Part shown: positions 37,065-46,852 of the stretch, in pieces
How the letters are laid out: every line of letters starts with the position of its first letter
How positions within the stretch are numbered: the stretch's first letter is position 1
Origin: an uncultured Chloroflexia bacterium
Lineage (GTDB): Bacteria > Chloroflexota > Dehalococcoidia > SZUA-161
Length of the DNA stretch: 61,125 bases
NCBI GenBank assembly: GCA_963827295.1
Contig: CAWHAI010000017.1
Span: 1 to 61,125, forward strand
Reading direction: 5' to 3'
Program-made: the position numbers and the translations under genes
Notes under the pieces: generated by a model
Database searches by the model: none
The model's input: the letters and a program-made list of their open reading frames with translations, nothing else
Told to the model about the DNA's origin: nothing

Positions 37065-37162
37065 CTCTTTTTCTCCTCTCGCACTAATTGGGAACTCCAT
37101 GGTGACTCATTAATCACCATCTGTCAGTACTCGCTGCAATGCACAGCTAAGCTAAATCGTGT

Positions 37163-37229
37163 ATAGGCACCTCCTCTCCAAACAAAAGGCCACCAGCCAC
37201 GGCGATATGATTCACCGATCCTGGTGGCC
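37163..37229 (-). terminator. terminator-like hairpin with conserved flanks (module D, copy 2)
   Basis: Perfect 9-bp stem ggccaccag/ctggtggcc with compensatory changes relative to copy 1. Minus strand followed by TTTTGTTTGG. Confidence 0.45.
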
Positions 37230-37375
37230 ATCTTTCATCACACTCACCCCCCGACCCCGGTAGCACAACAGTATTTTTCTCAGGTCTCTTTCATATCTTG
37301 CGGGTGTAATACAGCATGGTGTAATTCAATCCTGGATGCCTTGCCCCATATAGAGAAAGACATTAGCCTAACTAG

Positions 37376-37690
37376 TTAGCCCTTGTACTTCTTTTCCGCC
37401 TTTACTGAACCAACAACAGGCACCTCTAGAAGAGGAATTGTATTGACTGCAGTGGCACCTGCGACCATGAAAGGATACGACCTTGCAGCTATCGCGTCAG
37501 CACTTTCATCTTCGAAAATAGTGAAAGCGATGACTGAATTGGGGGGAATGTCGAACTGGGGGACACACAGCATCACATAGTGGGTTTCTGGTCTGCGCTC
37601 TTTTGGCACATTGGCCCATACTTTGTCGGCTGCCGCACTGACCTCCGCTACCTTCTCAACAGGCTCTACGACCAAGCTCATGAACTTCAT
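37376..37690 (-). CDS. small hypothetical protein (104 aa)
   Basis: MKFMSLVVEPVEKVAEV.. with an AAGGGAGGAGGAAAG SD (the ORF is open to 37744). Confidence 0.5.
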   Translation of the reverse strand: MKFMSLVVEPVEKVAEVSAAADKVWANVPKERRPETHYVMLCVPQFDIPPNSVIAFTIFEDESADAIAARSYPFMVAGATAVNTIPLLEVPVVGSVKAEKKYKG

Positions 37691-37784
37691 CTTTCCTCCT
37701 CCCTTCATCTTTGATATTGTTAAAGGGGCAAAGCACCCAGGCATGCAGAACTTGAAAGCATCTGAGCGATCTCCCTATCGCACT

Positions 37785-37890
37785 AAGGTCTGCCCCTCAC
37801 TGGGAGCAGAGCAAAAGGGCAGGGAAAATTGAGGTAATCTGGGAATGTCGTGCTGGACTGATTTATACCACTAAGTGTTGTGGCTGTCAA
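37785..37890 (-). promoter_or_regulatory. sigma70-like promoter plus conserved leader (module C, copy 2)
   Basis: Minus strand: TTGACA (37885-37890), 17-nt spacer, TGgTATAAA (37862-37870). The leader hairpin tctgc-ccc-tcact-ggg-a-gcaga matches copy 1. Confidence 0.5.
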
Positions 37891-38112
37891 CTTGGTATTG
37901 ATACTTCTACCAAGTATCTGAAACTTTCCCACTACCAAGTGATTTTGAGCCCTCTTCACACATTGACCTTTCTTGTTTTGAGCTCTATGTCGGGCAACCT
38001 GAACGAGAAATGCAGGGGTGTATTGTATCCACTCCAATAGAAAAGGGGGGATTGTGAATGGTGTTGGGCATGGTGGTTGGTAATGACGGGGCCAGGACTC
38101 GAACGAAACGTG

Positions 38113-38220
38113 AGGGCGCAAGGCTTTGCGCCCCTACATTTGATTTAACTCAAGCTTGGTCAGGTAATGACGGTGGGATGCTTATGTACAAGGTAGGGCG
38201 CAAAATTTTGCGCCCCTACA
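38113..38220. repeat. two REP-like hairpins (family B)
   Basis: gagggcgcaaggctttgcgcccctac (38113-38137) and gtagggcgcaaaattttgcgcccctac (38193-38220). The second overlaps the gene stop. Confidence 0.6.
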
Positions 38221-38704
38221 TTTTCTTGCGTTCTTCTACGCGCAGTTCCAGGACTATGTGCCCCCAACCGCCACACTGTACTCCCACATCAAAGCAGCCA
38301 GCCCGCTTGAATCTCATTTCGTTTGGGTCTACTCCAGCATAAAAGAGCTCATTTGATGTAAAAACCAATGGCGCAACTGCGGCTAGGGCGTAGATGCAAA
38401 TCCTCTTCGGACAGAGACTGGTTATAAGATTGCCTGCCCCATCGAAATAGAACTTGTCACCAATTTTATGGTGACTATTGCACCCGTTCGATTCGACTAC
38501 TTCTGCGATGATAGTCTTATTCATTAAAGCAGCAGACTTCGATAAGACATCTGCATTCCTGGGATTCTTCTTGAAAATCTTCATTTCCTTATCGGTGTAC
38601 CCCAGATGTTTTTGCATGAACTTCCATTGGTTCTCGCTGGCTTTCACCTTCTCACCTCCCAGAAATTCTTTAAATGCTGCCAGATAAATGGCGAATCGAC
38701 GCAC
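38216..38704 (-). CDS. TIGR04076-like Cys-rich small protein
   Basis: ..NGCNSHHKIGDKFYFDG..LCPKRICIYALAAVAP..RAGCFD... The more likely start is the GTG at 38647 with a GGGAGGTGAG SD. Confidence 0.45.
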   Translation of the reverse strand: MRRFAIYLAAFKEFLGGEKVKASENQWKFMQKHLGYTDKEMKIFKKNPRNADVLSKSAALMNKTIIAEVVESNGCNSHHKIGDKFYFDGAGNLITSLCPKRICIYALAAVAPLVFTSNELFYAGVDPNEMRFKRAGCFDVGVQCGGWGHIVLELRVEERKKM

Positions 38705-38806
38705 TTATCTATACTAGAAGCAATGCGTTTTGTCAACGAATTGCGAAAACTGGTTCTCCGTTGTTGTTATTGAGAGCATTTTTCCCAAGTCTATGGGAGG
38801 CTATCA

Positions 38807-39118
38807 ATGACTAACCTCCAACTTCACAAGCAAGTTCCAGCTAGGGTAAGTGCTTATGTAGATGAAGGAATAAAGAATTTGGCTGAATTGTTGAACACAT
38901 TTAGTCGTATTTCAACGTTTGAAAGTTGTGAGGGTAGAAAAGGGAAATTGGCACACGTATACATGAATTATGGCGAGTGTGATAAGCAATACGATGATGG
39001 TAAGGAATTTGAGGGAATGGCATACTTCGTCAACAAGTTAGCAATATCCTTTGCTAAACATACAAAGGAACAAATATTTTCAGGAGGCTATCTAGTTAAC
39101 ATATCTATAGAATGGTGA
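38807..39118 (+). CDS. hypothetical protein (AT-rich patch)
   Basis: 103-aa ORF with a GGGAGG SD and no recognisable motif. Confidence 0.4.
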   Translation: MTNLQLHKQVPARVSAYVDEGIKNLAELLNTFSRISTFESCEGRKGKLAHVYMNYGECDKQYDDGKEFEGMAYFVNKLAISFAKHTKEQIFSGGYLVNISIEW

Positions 39119-39188
39119 GGAGACAAAAGGTTTCCATTCGTATCTATTGAGATGCCCTATAACCATATAGATGAAGTAACTGACATAC

Positions 39189-39464
39189 TTACACGGTTCC
39201 GCTCTGAATTTGATAATAACAGGAAGGACACACAGTTATCACATGTTCTGGGGTAGCGATACGAGGATGCCCTTGCTTACGAACGAATTTGCACCTACAG
39301 CCTATAGGTCGAGAACATTGCTCAATGCCATGGTCATGGGTCAAACGGTCACATTGGCAATGCCCATTAGCACGTCGTCTTATTTCATCGGCAACGGATT
39401 TGCTAAGTCTTTTTGTAGGCATACCAGAATTATAAATAGGTACAAGAATCACGTCAATAACCAT
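39189..39464 (-). CDS. small Cys/His-rich protein, possibly HNH-like
   Basis: HCQCD..THDHGIEQC..CRC..TVCPSCY. AT-rich. Confidence 0.35.
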   Translation of the reverse strand: MVIDVILVPIYNSGMPTKRLSKSVADEIRRRANGHCQCDRLTHDHGIEQCSRPIGCRCKFVRKQGHPRIATPEHVITVCPSCYYQIQSGTV

Positions 39465-39607
39465 TGATTTCAGAATGGTGCACTACCTATGGATTGGATT
39501 GTTTGCAACATAGTGATATATAGTTATGCGCACCTACTATTTTGCGCCGATTGAGAAAAGCAGATATAATACCCGCACATTCTTTCGTAGAGACCAGGAG
39601 GTTAAAG

Positions 39608-40114
39608 GTGATACGGAGCTTCGATGGAAAGGGCCCCCAAATATCCGAGTCTTCTTTTATCAGCGAGGCAGCCTATATTATCGGCGATGTCGAGATCGGC
39701 GATTACTCCAATGTCTGGCCCGGTGCGGTGATACGTGGGGATTTCGCCAAGATTAAGATAGGGCGCTATGTGGATATCGAGGATAACTGCACGTTGCATG
39801 CGGGGGACGATATGGAGATAGGCGACAACGTAATCATAGGGCACGGCGCGGTGGTGCACAGCAGGAAGGTGGGCAATAACGTGCTTATAGGCATGAATTC
39901 AACCACATTGCATAACTCTGAGATAGGCGATTACTGCGTTATAGCTGCGGGCACGGTAATCACCGAGGGCATGAAAATCACTGCGGGCTCCTTTGTTGCT
40001 GGAGTGCCAGCCAAGATAAGAGGCGAGGCTACTGACAAACAAAAGGGCTGGATGGATGGGCATTTCGCCTTCTATCCCCCTCTGGCGAAGAAATACAAAG
40101 ACCAGAAGCTTTAG
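39608..40114 (+). CDS. gamma-carbonic-anhydrase-like left-handed beta-helix (hexapeptide) protein
   Basis: ..AYIIGDVEIGDYSNVWPGAVIRGD..IKIGRYVDIEDNCTLH..IGHGAVVH.. GTG start with a GGAGG SD. Confidence 0.8.
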   Translation: MIRSFDGKGPQISESSFISEAAYIIGDVEIGDYSNVWPGAVIRGDFAKIKIGRYVDIEDNCTLHAGDDMEIGDNVIIGHGAVVHSRKVGNNVLIGMNSTTLHNSEIGDYCVIAAGTVITEGMKITAGSFVAGVPAKIRGEATDKQKGWMDGHFAFYPPLAKKYKDQKL

Positions 40115-40118
40115 CGGC

Positions 40119-41778
40119 TCACATATGCTCCGGCGCGGTCATGCCCATGAGGAGCAGGGTCTTGGCCAGGACTATTTGCGCTGCCTTGACTAGCTTGAGC
40201 CGGGCGCAGGTCAACTCACTATCCTCCGAGACAACTCGGCACTGCTTGTAGAAGGTGTGGAAAGAGGTCGCCAGGTCTTGGGCGAAGTAGGGCAGGTGGT
40301 GGGGCTCGAGTTTTTGGGCAGCAAGCTCGATTATCTCGGGGAGCAACACCATCTTGCGTATCAGGTCGAGCTCAGCCTCATGGGTAAGTAATCTCACATC
40401 GCCTCTAGAGTAGTCTATGTTCTTCTCCTGGGCCAGGCGCATGATGCTGGCGATGCGGGCGTGGGCATACTGGACGTAATAAACCGGGTTGTCTGCTGAC
40501 TCTTTCTTGGCTAGCTCCAGGTCGAAATCCATCTGGCTGTCCGCGGAGCGTGAGAGGAAGAAGAAACGGCAGGCATCTGCACCCACCTCCTCTACAAGCT
40601 CGCGAAGTGTGATGAGTTCCCCAGTGCGCTTGGAAACCCTGATCAAATTCTCTCCGCGACGCAAGGTGACCATCTGGGAGATTATTATCTTCAGTCTCTC
40701 GGGCTCAATCCCCAGCGCCCCGACCACTGCCTTCATCCGCGAGACATGCCCCTGGTGGTCGGCTCCCCAGATGTCGATCACTTTGTCGAACTTACGCTCG
40801 AGGAACTTGTTATAGTGGTAAGCAACGTCCGAGGCGAAGTAGGTAGGGGAGCCGTTGGTGCGCACCAGTACGTTGTCTTTGTCCTCGCCGAGGGCGGTGG
40901 AGACGAACCATTGGGCCCCTTCCCTCTCTTGGATATGGCCGCCCTTTTTCAGCATAGCCATTGCCTTTTCATACTGGCCCTTCTCGAAGAGGGTGCGCTC
41001 GCTGAACCAGACATCGAAGTCAACGCCCAGGAGCTTGAGGTCAGCCTTGATGTCCGCTATAACCTTGGGCAACGCGAACTTGCCTATCTCCTGAACTGCT
41101 TTCTCGGCAGGCATGGAGAGGAAGGAGTCCCTCTTCTCGGCGACTATCTTCTGGGCGAGCTCTACCGGGATAGAAGCCCTGATAGCCATCGGTGGGCATC
41201 TCGCACTCCTTGCCCAGTGCTTGAAGGTAGCGGCAATAGAGGGAGCGATAGAAGGCGTCCATCTGGTTACCGGCGTCATTTACATAATATTCTCTCTCCA
41301 CTGCGTAGCCGGCGGCTTTGAGCACACTGGCCAGGGTGCTGCCCAGGACAGCGCCTCGCCCGTGCCCGACATGGATGGGCCCTGTGGGGTTGACGCTGAC
41401 GAATTCAATCTGGGCCTTAGCGCCTTTACCCAGAGCGAGGTTGCCGTAATTCTCGCCCTTGCTCAGTATCTCCTTGACCTGCTCGGTGAGCCAGGTATCT
41501 GTGAGGGTGAAGTTGATGAAGCCAGGCGCTGCCACCGAGACCTTCTTTATCTCTTTAGTCTCAGTCAGGAGTTTTGCCAGGGTATTTGCTATAGTCATTG
41601 GATTCATCCGCGCTGCCTTGGCCATTTTTAAAGGGAGGCTTGAGGCGTAGTCCCCGTGCTCGGGATTCTGGGGGTGCTCTACGATGACCTCAGGTAAGGC
41701 GATGGCAGGAAGCTGGCCCTCAACCTGGGCTTTCTGGGCTGCTTGTTCCAAAAGTCGGGCGATTTCATATTTAAGCAT
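40119..41778 (-). CDS. argS: arginine--tRNA ligase (1 frame break near 41180)
   Basis: N-terminus ..[20 protein letters not shown]-terminal fragment ..[30 protein letters not shown]. Confidence 0.9.
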
Positions 41779-41780
41779 AT

Positions 41781-44222
41781 CTAGCTCAACTCCCCTTCAC
41801 TCTCCCAAAGTCGGCTGACCTCTCTGGCAAGGGGCCCGTGCTCCTTCTGTTTGAGATAGGGGTCAGCATTGAAGAGACGAATCGCCTCCCTGCGGGCAAG
41901 CTCAAGAAGCTCAATATCGGATAGTTTTGCCATTTTAAGGTCAGGGAGCCCACTTTGTCTAGTGCCGAAGAACTCTCCAGGGCCTCTGAGTTTCAAGTCC
42001 TCCTCGGCCAGTTTGAAACCATCCCGTAAACGTTCCAGGAGGGAGAGGCGCTCTCTGGCCTCTGCCGAGGGGGTCTCGGCGAGGAGCAGGCAGTAGCTCT
42101 GGTGCTGTCCTCTGCCCACGCGGCCGCGAAACTGGTGTAACTGAGCCAGGCCGAAGCGGTCAGCGCCCTCTATCAGCATTACAGTGGCGTTGGGGACATC
42201 TACGCCCACCTCCACCACCGGCGTGGATACCAGTATGTCGATCTCGCCGCCGTGGAAGCGCCTCATAACATCTTCTTTTTCGGCGCCGCTGAGTCGGCCG
42301 TGAAGCAGTCCCAGTTGCAGGTCGGGGAAGACGCTCTGGGAGAGGCGCTCATATTCGGTGATAGCTGCCTTGGTCTCGACGGCCTCCGATTCCTCGATTA
42401 AGGGGCAGATAATGAAGGCCTGGCGCCCCTCGGCAATCTGTTTGCGCACGAAATCGTAAGCCTTTTGTCTCTGCTCGGGGGTGAGAAACTTGGTTTTAAT
42501 CTCAATCCTGCCTGGAGGCAACTCGTCCAATACTGAGAGGTCTAGGTCACCGTAGAGGGTGAGCGCAAGGGTACGCGGGATGGGGGTGGCGCTCATCACC
42601 AGGACATGAGGGCATGGGCCTTTGCCGCGCAGCGCCGAGCGCTGCATCACCCCGAAGCGATGTTGCTCGTCAACCACGCAAAGCCCCATATTGTGAAAAT
42701 CGACCCCTTTCTGAATTAGGGCGTGGGTTCCGATGATTATGTCAACTTCACCAGCAGAGATGCATTGTTGAATTTCCTGCTTGGCGCTTTCCTTGAGGCC
42801 TCCGATAAGCAAACCAACGCCGATAGGATGGGGAAGCATCGAGGAAAACTTGCTAACGGGCTTGCCTCCATCTGTGTCGCTGGATGCTTTGCCCAGTAAG
42901 CTACATATAGTATTGAAGTGTTGCTCTGCCAGAATCTCCGTAGGCGCCATGAGGGCGGTCTGATAGCCATTGGCGACACCGAGCAGCATCGCTGCTGTGG
43001 CCACCACTGTCTTGCCGCTGCCGACCTCACCTTGCAGGAGGCGGCTCATCGGCTTGGGCTTGCTCAGGTCGCTCTGAATCTCGGCGAAGGTACGCCTCTG
43101 GGCGGAGGTCAATTTGTACGGTAGGGAGTTGAAGAACGGCTCAAGGCACCTGCTATCTACATTGAAGGCTCTGCCTGTTTGCTCCTCTTGCCAGTCTCGC
43201 CTCTTGGCCAACACGCCTAGCTGAATCAGGAAGAGTTCATCGAAAGCGAGCCGCCTTCTGGCCTGGTCTTTGCTAGGCTCACTATCCGGATAGTGAGCCT
43301 GCCTGATTGCCTCGGGAAGCGGAAGCAACCCTGCGTTTTTCCTAACGTTTTCGGGGAGGAAATCCTCAAACTCCGGCAGCCAGCGGTCGAGGGTTCCCTT
43401 AACCAGCCTCCGCACCGTCCTGGGATAAAGCCCGGCAGTTAGCGGATAGACGGGAACCAGCCTGCCGGTGTGGGTGAGGTCGTCAGATTCAACGAGCTCC
43501 CATTCAGGGGATTGGAACACTTTTCTGCCATGGAAGAGCCCTACTTTGCCGCTGATGACCACCTGGCTGTTGGTAGTGAGCTTCTTGGCAAGGTAGGGCT
43601 GGTTGAACCAGATTACCCTTATGTTGCCCGATTCGTCGCCCACAACGGCCTCGGTGTTGCGCATCCTGTATGCGGGGCCTTTCTGGGCGGCTTCCCAGAC
43701 GTTAGCAATGATGGTCTGTTCTTCTCCGACCTCAAGCTCAGAGATGAGCTTTTTTCGGCTGTAGTCTATGTGACGCCTGGGGAAGAGGTAAATAAGCTGG
43801 CGGATAGTCTTTACACCCAGCTTATCGAATTTGCTAGCGAGGCCTGAGCTTATGCCTCTAATTGATGTGATCGGGGCGCTCAGGGATAGCCCGTTTCCAG
43901 GTTTGACACGGGGTGTTAGAGGTTTCTTCTTGGGTAGGGTAGGCCTGGGTAAGGGGACCGCTTTTTGTTCACCTGCGTCGAGCTGAGTGAGTATATTCTT
44001 AACCCATCTCTCTCGTTCACTTGTGTCCAGAGTGGAGTAGCTCAATGAAAGCAATCGGGAGAGTCTCTCATCGGGAGGAGTAAGGTTGCGCAGAAATCTG
44101 TCCAGGCCGCCCATCACAGCCTTATCGCTGTACCCTTTGGCCTGCTCCAGCCTCAGGACTTTTCGCAAATTCTCAATAGTCTGGCTCAAAACGCTTCTTT
44201 CTCTGGTGGTGGTGGGGGACAC
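41781..44222 (-). CDS. recG: ATP-dependent DNA helicase RecG
   Basis: Intact 813 aa. Wedge/OB region, GEVGSGKT (Walker A), VVDEQHRFG (DEQH) and HQFRGRVGRG. Confidence 0.92.
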   Translation of the reverse strand: MSPTTTRERSVLSQTIENLRKVLRLEQAKGYSDKAVMGGLDRFLRNLTPPDERLSRLLSLSYSTLDTSERERWVKNILTQLDAGEQKAVPLPRPTLPKKKPLTPRVKPGNGLSLSAPITSIRGISSGLASKFDKLGVKTIRQLIYLFPRRHIDYSRKKLISELEVGEEQTIIANVWEAAQKGPAYRMRNTEAVVGDESGNIRVIWFNQPYLAKKLTTNSQVVISGKVGLFHGRKVFQSPEWELVESDDLTHTGRLVPVYPLTAGLYPRTVRRLVKGTLDRWLPEFEDFLPENVRKNAGLLPLPEAIRQAHYPDSEPSKDQARRRLAFDELFLIQLGVLAKRRDWQEEQTGRAFNVDSRCLEPFFNSLPYKLTSAQRRTFAEIQSDLSKPKPMSRLLQGEVGSGKTVVATAAMLLGVANGYQTALMAPTEILAEQHFNTICSLLGKASSDTDGGKPVSKFSSMLPHPIGVGLLIGGLKESAKQEIQQCISAGEVDIIIGTHALIQKGVDFHNMGLCVVDEQHRFGVMQRSALRGKGPCPHVLVMSATPIPRTLALTLYGDLDLSVLDELPPGRIEIKTKFLTPEQRQKAYDFVRKQIAEGRQAFIICPLIEESEAVETKAAITEYERLSQSVFPDLQLGLLHGRLSGAEKEDVMRRFHGGEIDILVSTPVVEVGVDVPNATVMLIEGADRFGLAQLHQFRGRVGRGQHQSYCLLLAETPSAEARERLSLLERLRDGFKLAEEDLKLRGPGEFFGTRQSGLPDLKMAKLSDIELLELARREAIRLFNADPYLKQKEHGPLAREVSRLWESEGELS

Positions 44223-44238
44223 TGGCGCGAGGTCGATA

Positions 44239-45852
44239 TTATTCTACCGAGATGATGTAATTATAGTGTGGTTGCCCACCGGCAACCACTTCTACTTCCT
44301 GAGCGGGGTATTTCTTCCTGACAGACTGCCCTATTTGCTCAGCCTCCGCGCCCTCGGTGTCCGCCCCGTAGTAGATAGTAACCAACCCGCTCTGTTCAAC
44401 GTTCATTTTATCCAGCAGCTTGTGGACAACCTGTGGTATGCTATCTTCGGCGATCACCAGTTCGCCGTCGAGGAAGGCGATGGTCTGCCCCTCTGTCACG
44501 GTCAAGCCGTTGTGACTCATTGACCTCACCGCTTTGGTGACCTCTCCACTGCGAACTGCTTCTACCGCTGCCTTCATGGCGGTAACGTTTGTCTCTAAAT
44601 CAGCCTCATAATTGAAGGAAAGGAGCGCTGCAATCCCCTGAGGTATGGTCTCTGTGGGCACGATCTCCACTTTTTTCTTGGTCAATTCCTGTACCTGACG
44701 CGCTGCCATCGCAATGTTGGCATTGTTGGGTAGGATGATAACCTGGTCTGAGGGAGTTGCTTCCACCGCCTGAAGAAGCTCCTGGACGCTGGGGTTCATG
44801 GTCTCCCCACCGGCAACGACGATCGTTGCCCCGACGCTGTAGAATACTTGCATGAGTCCATCGCCGGAGGCCACAGCGATGGTGGAGATATTGCCAATGG
44901 GGGGCTGTGGCTTGGCGACGAGGAAATCCTGGTGTTGGTCATCCATATTCTCCACTTTAACCTGCTGCAAAGTGCCTAAGGAAGTGACGTAGCTCAAGGC
45001 TACGCCGGGGTCGAAGGTGTGGAGATGGACTCTTATCATAGCTTCATCGCCAACCACTAGAACGGATTCACCGACAGTGGTCAGCTTTTCCCTGATCTCT
45101 TCCAGGTTGAGATTTTGCCCACGGAGCAGGAATTCGGTGCAGTATCCGTAAGCCTTTTCCGCTGGCTTTTGGGCATCTTGGGTAGCGGCTGCAACAGGTG
45201 CTGCCTCTGCCAGCTCGACATCAGCCGATTCGCCGCGAAGATAGCGAAGTGCGCCTTCGAGCACTACATAGAGCCCCTGGCCACCGGCATCCACCACGCC
45301 GGCCTGCTGCAACACCGGGAGCAGGGTTGGCGTCTTCGCCACCGAAGCTCTGGCCTCTTCCACCACTGTTTCCATAAGTGCCAATATATTTGTGGTATTC
45401 GAGGAACTTTTGGCCTCAGCAGCGGTCGCAGCATCACGTATGACGGTAAGGATGGTCCCTTCCACAGGCTTGGTCACGCCTTTGTAAGCGAAGGTAGATG
45501 ACTCCAGTAGAGCCCTGGCGAAATCTTTGCCAGTGAAGGTGCGCTTGCCTTCCAGCCCCTTGGCCAATCCACGAAATATCTGGGAGAGAATCACGCCACT
45601 GTTACCGCGCGCGCCCATGAGGGAGCCCCTGGCCATAGCCTGAGCCACAGCGGCTGCGCTCCCATCGGCACAGCGGCCGGCTTCCTCCATCGCTGCGCGC
45701 ATGGTCAGAAGCATATTGGTGCCGGTGTCGCCATCGGGAACGGGGAAGACATTGAGTGCGTTAATCGATGGGGCGCTGCGCTCCAGCCAGTGGGTGGCGA
45801 AGCTGAACATGCCGCATAGGTCATGTCCATCGCAACGAGTCTTACTATTCAC
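44239..45852 (-). CDS. DAK2 domain fusion protein (YloV-like)
   Basis: INALNVFPVPDGDTGTNM at the N-terminus and a DegV-like C-terminal half. recG is downstream and rpmB divergent, the classic arrangement. Confidence 0.85.
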   Translation of the reverse strand: MNSKTRCDGHDLCGMFSFATHWLERSAPSINALNVFPVPDGDTGTNMLLTMRAAMEEAGRCADGSAAAVAQAMARGSLMGARGNSGVILSQIFRGLAKGLEGKRTFTGKDFARALLESSTFAYKGVTKPVEGTILTVIRDAATAAEAKSSSNTTNILALMETVVEEARASVAKTPTLLPVLQQAGVVDAGGQGLYVVLEGALRYLRGESADVELAEAAPVAAATQDAQKPAEKAYGYCTEFLLRGQNLNLEEIREKLTTVGESVLVVGDEAMIRVHLHTFDPGVALSYVTSLGTLQQVKVENMDDQHQDFLVAKPQPPIGNISTIAVASGDGLMQVFYSVGATIVVAGGETMNPSVQELLQAVEATPSDQVIILPNNANIAMAARQVQELTKKKVEIVPTETIPQGIAALLSFNYEADLETNVTAMKAAVEAVRSGEVTKAVRSMSHNGLTVTEGQTIAFLDGELVIAEDSIPQVVHKLLDKMNVEQSGLVTIYYGADTEGAEAEQIGQSVRKKYPAQEVEVVAGGQPHYNYIISVE

Positions 45853-45976
45853 AACCGGACACCTCCTGGTTCGCCGGCCTCTTAGATTCTACTTGATACT
45901 GTAGCTCGATATGTGTTATATTATTAAATTGAATTCTACCTGAAAATAAGGCTATAGTCAAAAGAAGGAGAAGGCG

Positions 45977-46159
45977 TTGAAGTGTGAGTTGTGTGGGAAG
46001 GAACCACAGGTTGGGGATAGTGTATCCCACTCTAAGCGCCATACCCAGCGGCGCTGGTTGCCTAATATGAGCAAGACAACCATTGTCATAGACGGTAAAA
46101 AGAAGCGAATCAATGTCTGCACCAGGTGTTTACGTACTCAGCAGAAGATTAGCCGCTAG
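45977..46159 (+). CDS. rpmB: 50S ribosomal protein L28
   Basis: 60 aa: KCELCGKEPQVGDSVSHSKRHTQRRWLPN.. TTG start after AAGGAGAAGG. Confidence 0.85.
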   Translation: MKCELCGKEPQVGDSVSHSKRHTQRRWLPNMSKTTIVIDGKKKRINVCTRCLRTQQKISR

Positions 46160-46160
46160 C

Positions 46161-46852
46161 CTACCTTCCTCCTTTTTCGAGTTTGCCTAAACTCTCCTTG
46201 ATTCTACCGAGTGCCTGAGCCACGCTTTCCTTTTTGTTGAAAACAGCAGCGCCTGCCACTAATACCCTTGCCCCCGCCTGAGCTACCCGCGGCGCTATAT
46301 CCGCAGTGATACCGCCATCCACCTCAAGCTCAGCGGCTGACACCCAGCTCATCCAGCCTGCGCCTGAGGCGGGCGATTTTGCCAACTGTGCTCTCGATGA
46401 ACTGCTGTCCCCCAAAGCCGGGGTTGACCGACATCAGCAGTACCAGGTCGAGGCTGGGCAGCACCTCGTCGACTGCCGTCAACGGAGTGCTCGGATTCAG
46501 GGATACTCCTGCCTTTACCCCCAGTTCCTTAATAGATTCTACCACTCTATGCAAGTGGGGACATACCTCAACGTGGACAGTGATGATATTAGCACCGGCC
46601 TGTGCGAACTGCTGGATATACTTCTCCGGCGATTCTATCATCAGGTGCGCATCGAGGGGGAGATCGGTGTGAGGGCGGATGGCTGACTACCACCATCGGC
46701 CCAACGGTGATGTTGGGCACGAAGTGCCCATCCATGACATCAACGTGTATATAATCGGCACCTGCCCTGGTTGCCTCGATGACCTGCTCACCCAGCCGAC
46801 CGAAGTCGGCTGACAGTATAGAGGGGGCGAGCTTGATTTTATTTGCCATCAA
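46161..46852 (-). CDS. rpe: ribulose-phosphate 3-epimerase (2 frame breaks)
   Basis: [27 protein letters not shown], then ..[17 protein letters not shown], then ..LEVDGGI.. in three frames (breaks near 46680 and 46340). Confidence 0.88.

Noticed and set aside
38807-39260. Second in-frame TGA (39116-39118), with 47 further open codons that read plausibly (GDKRFPFVSIEMPYNHIDEV..).
   Set aside because: The extension would overlap the convergent Cys/His-rich gene 39189-39464 by about 70 nt. The context (..IEW-TGA-GDK) has no Cys/redox motif, and the only hairpin starts immediately at the TGA. An ordinary stop, or a TGG-to-TGA change, is more likely than Sec.
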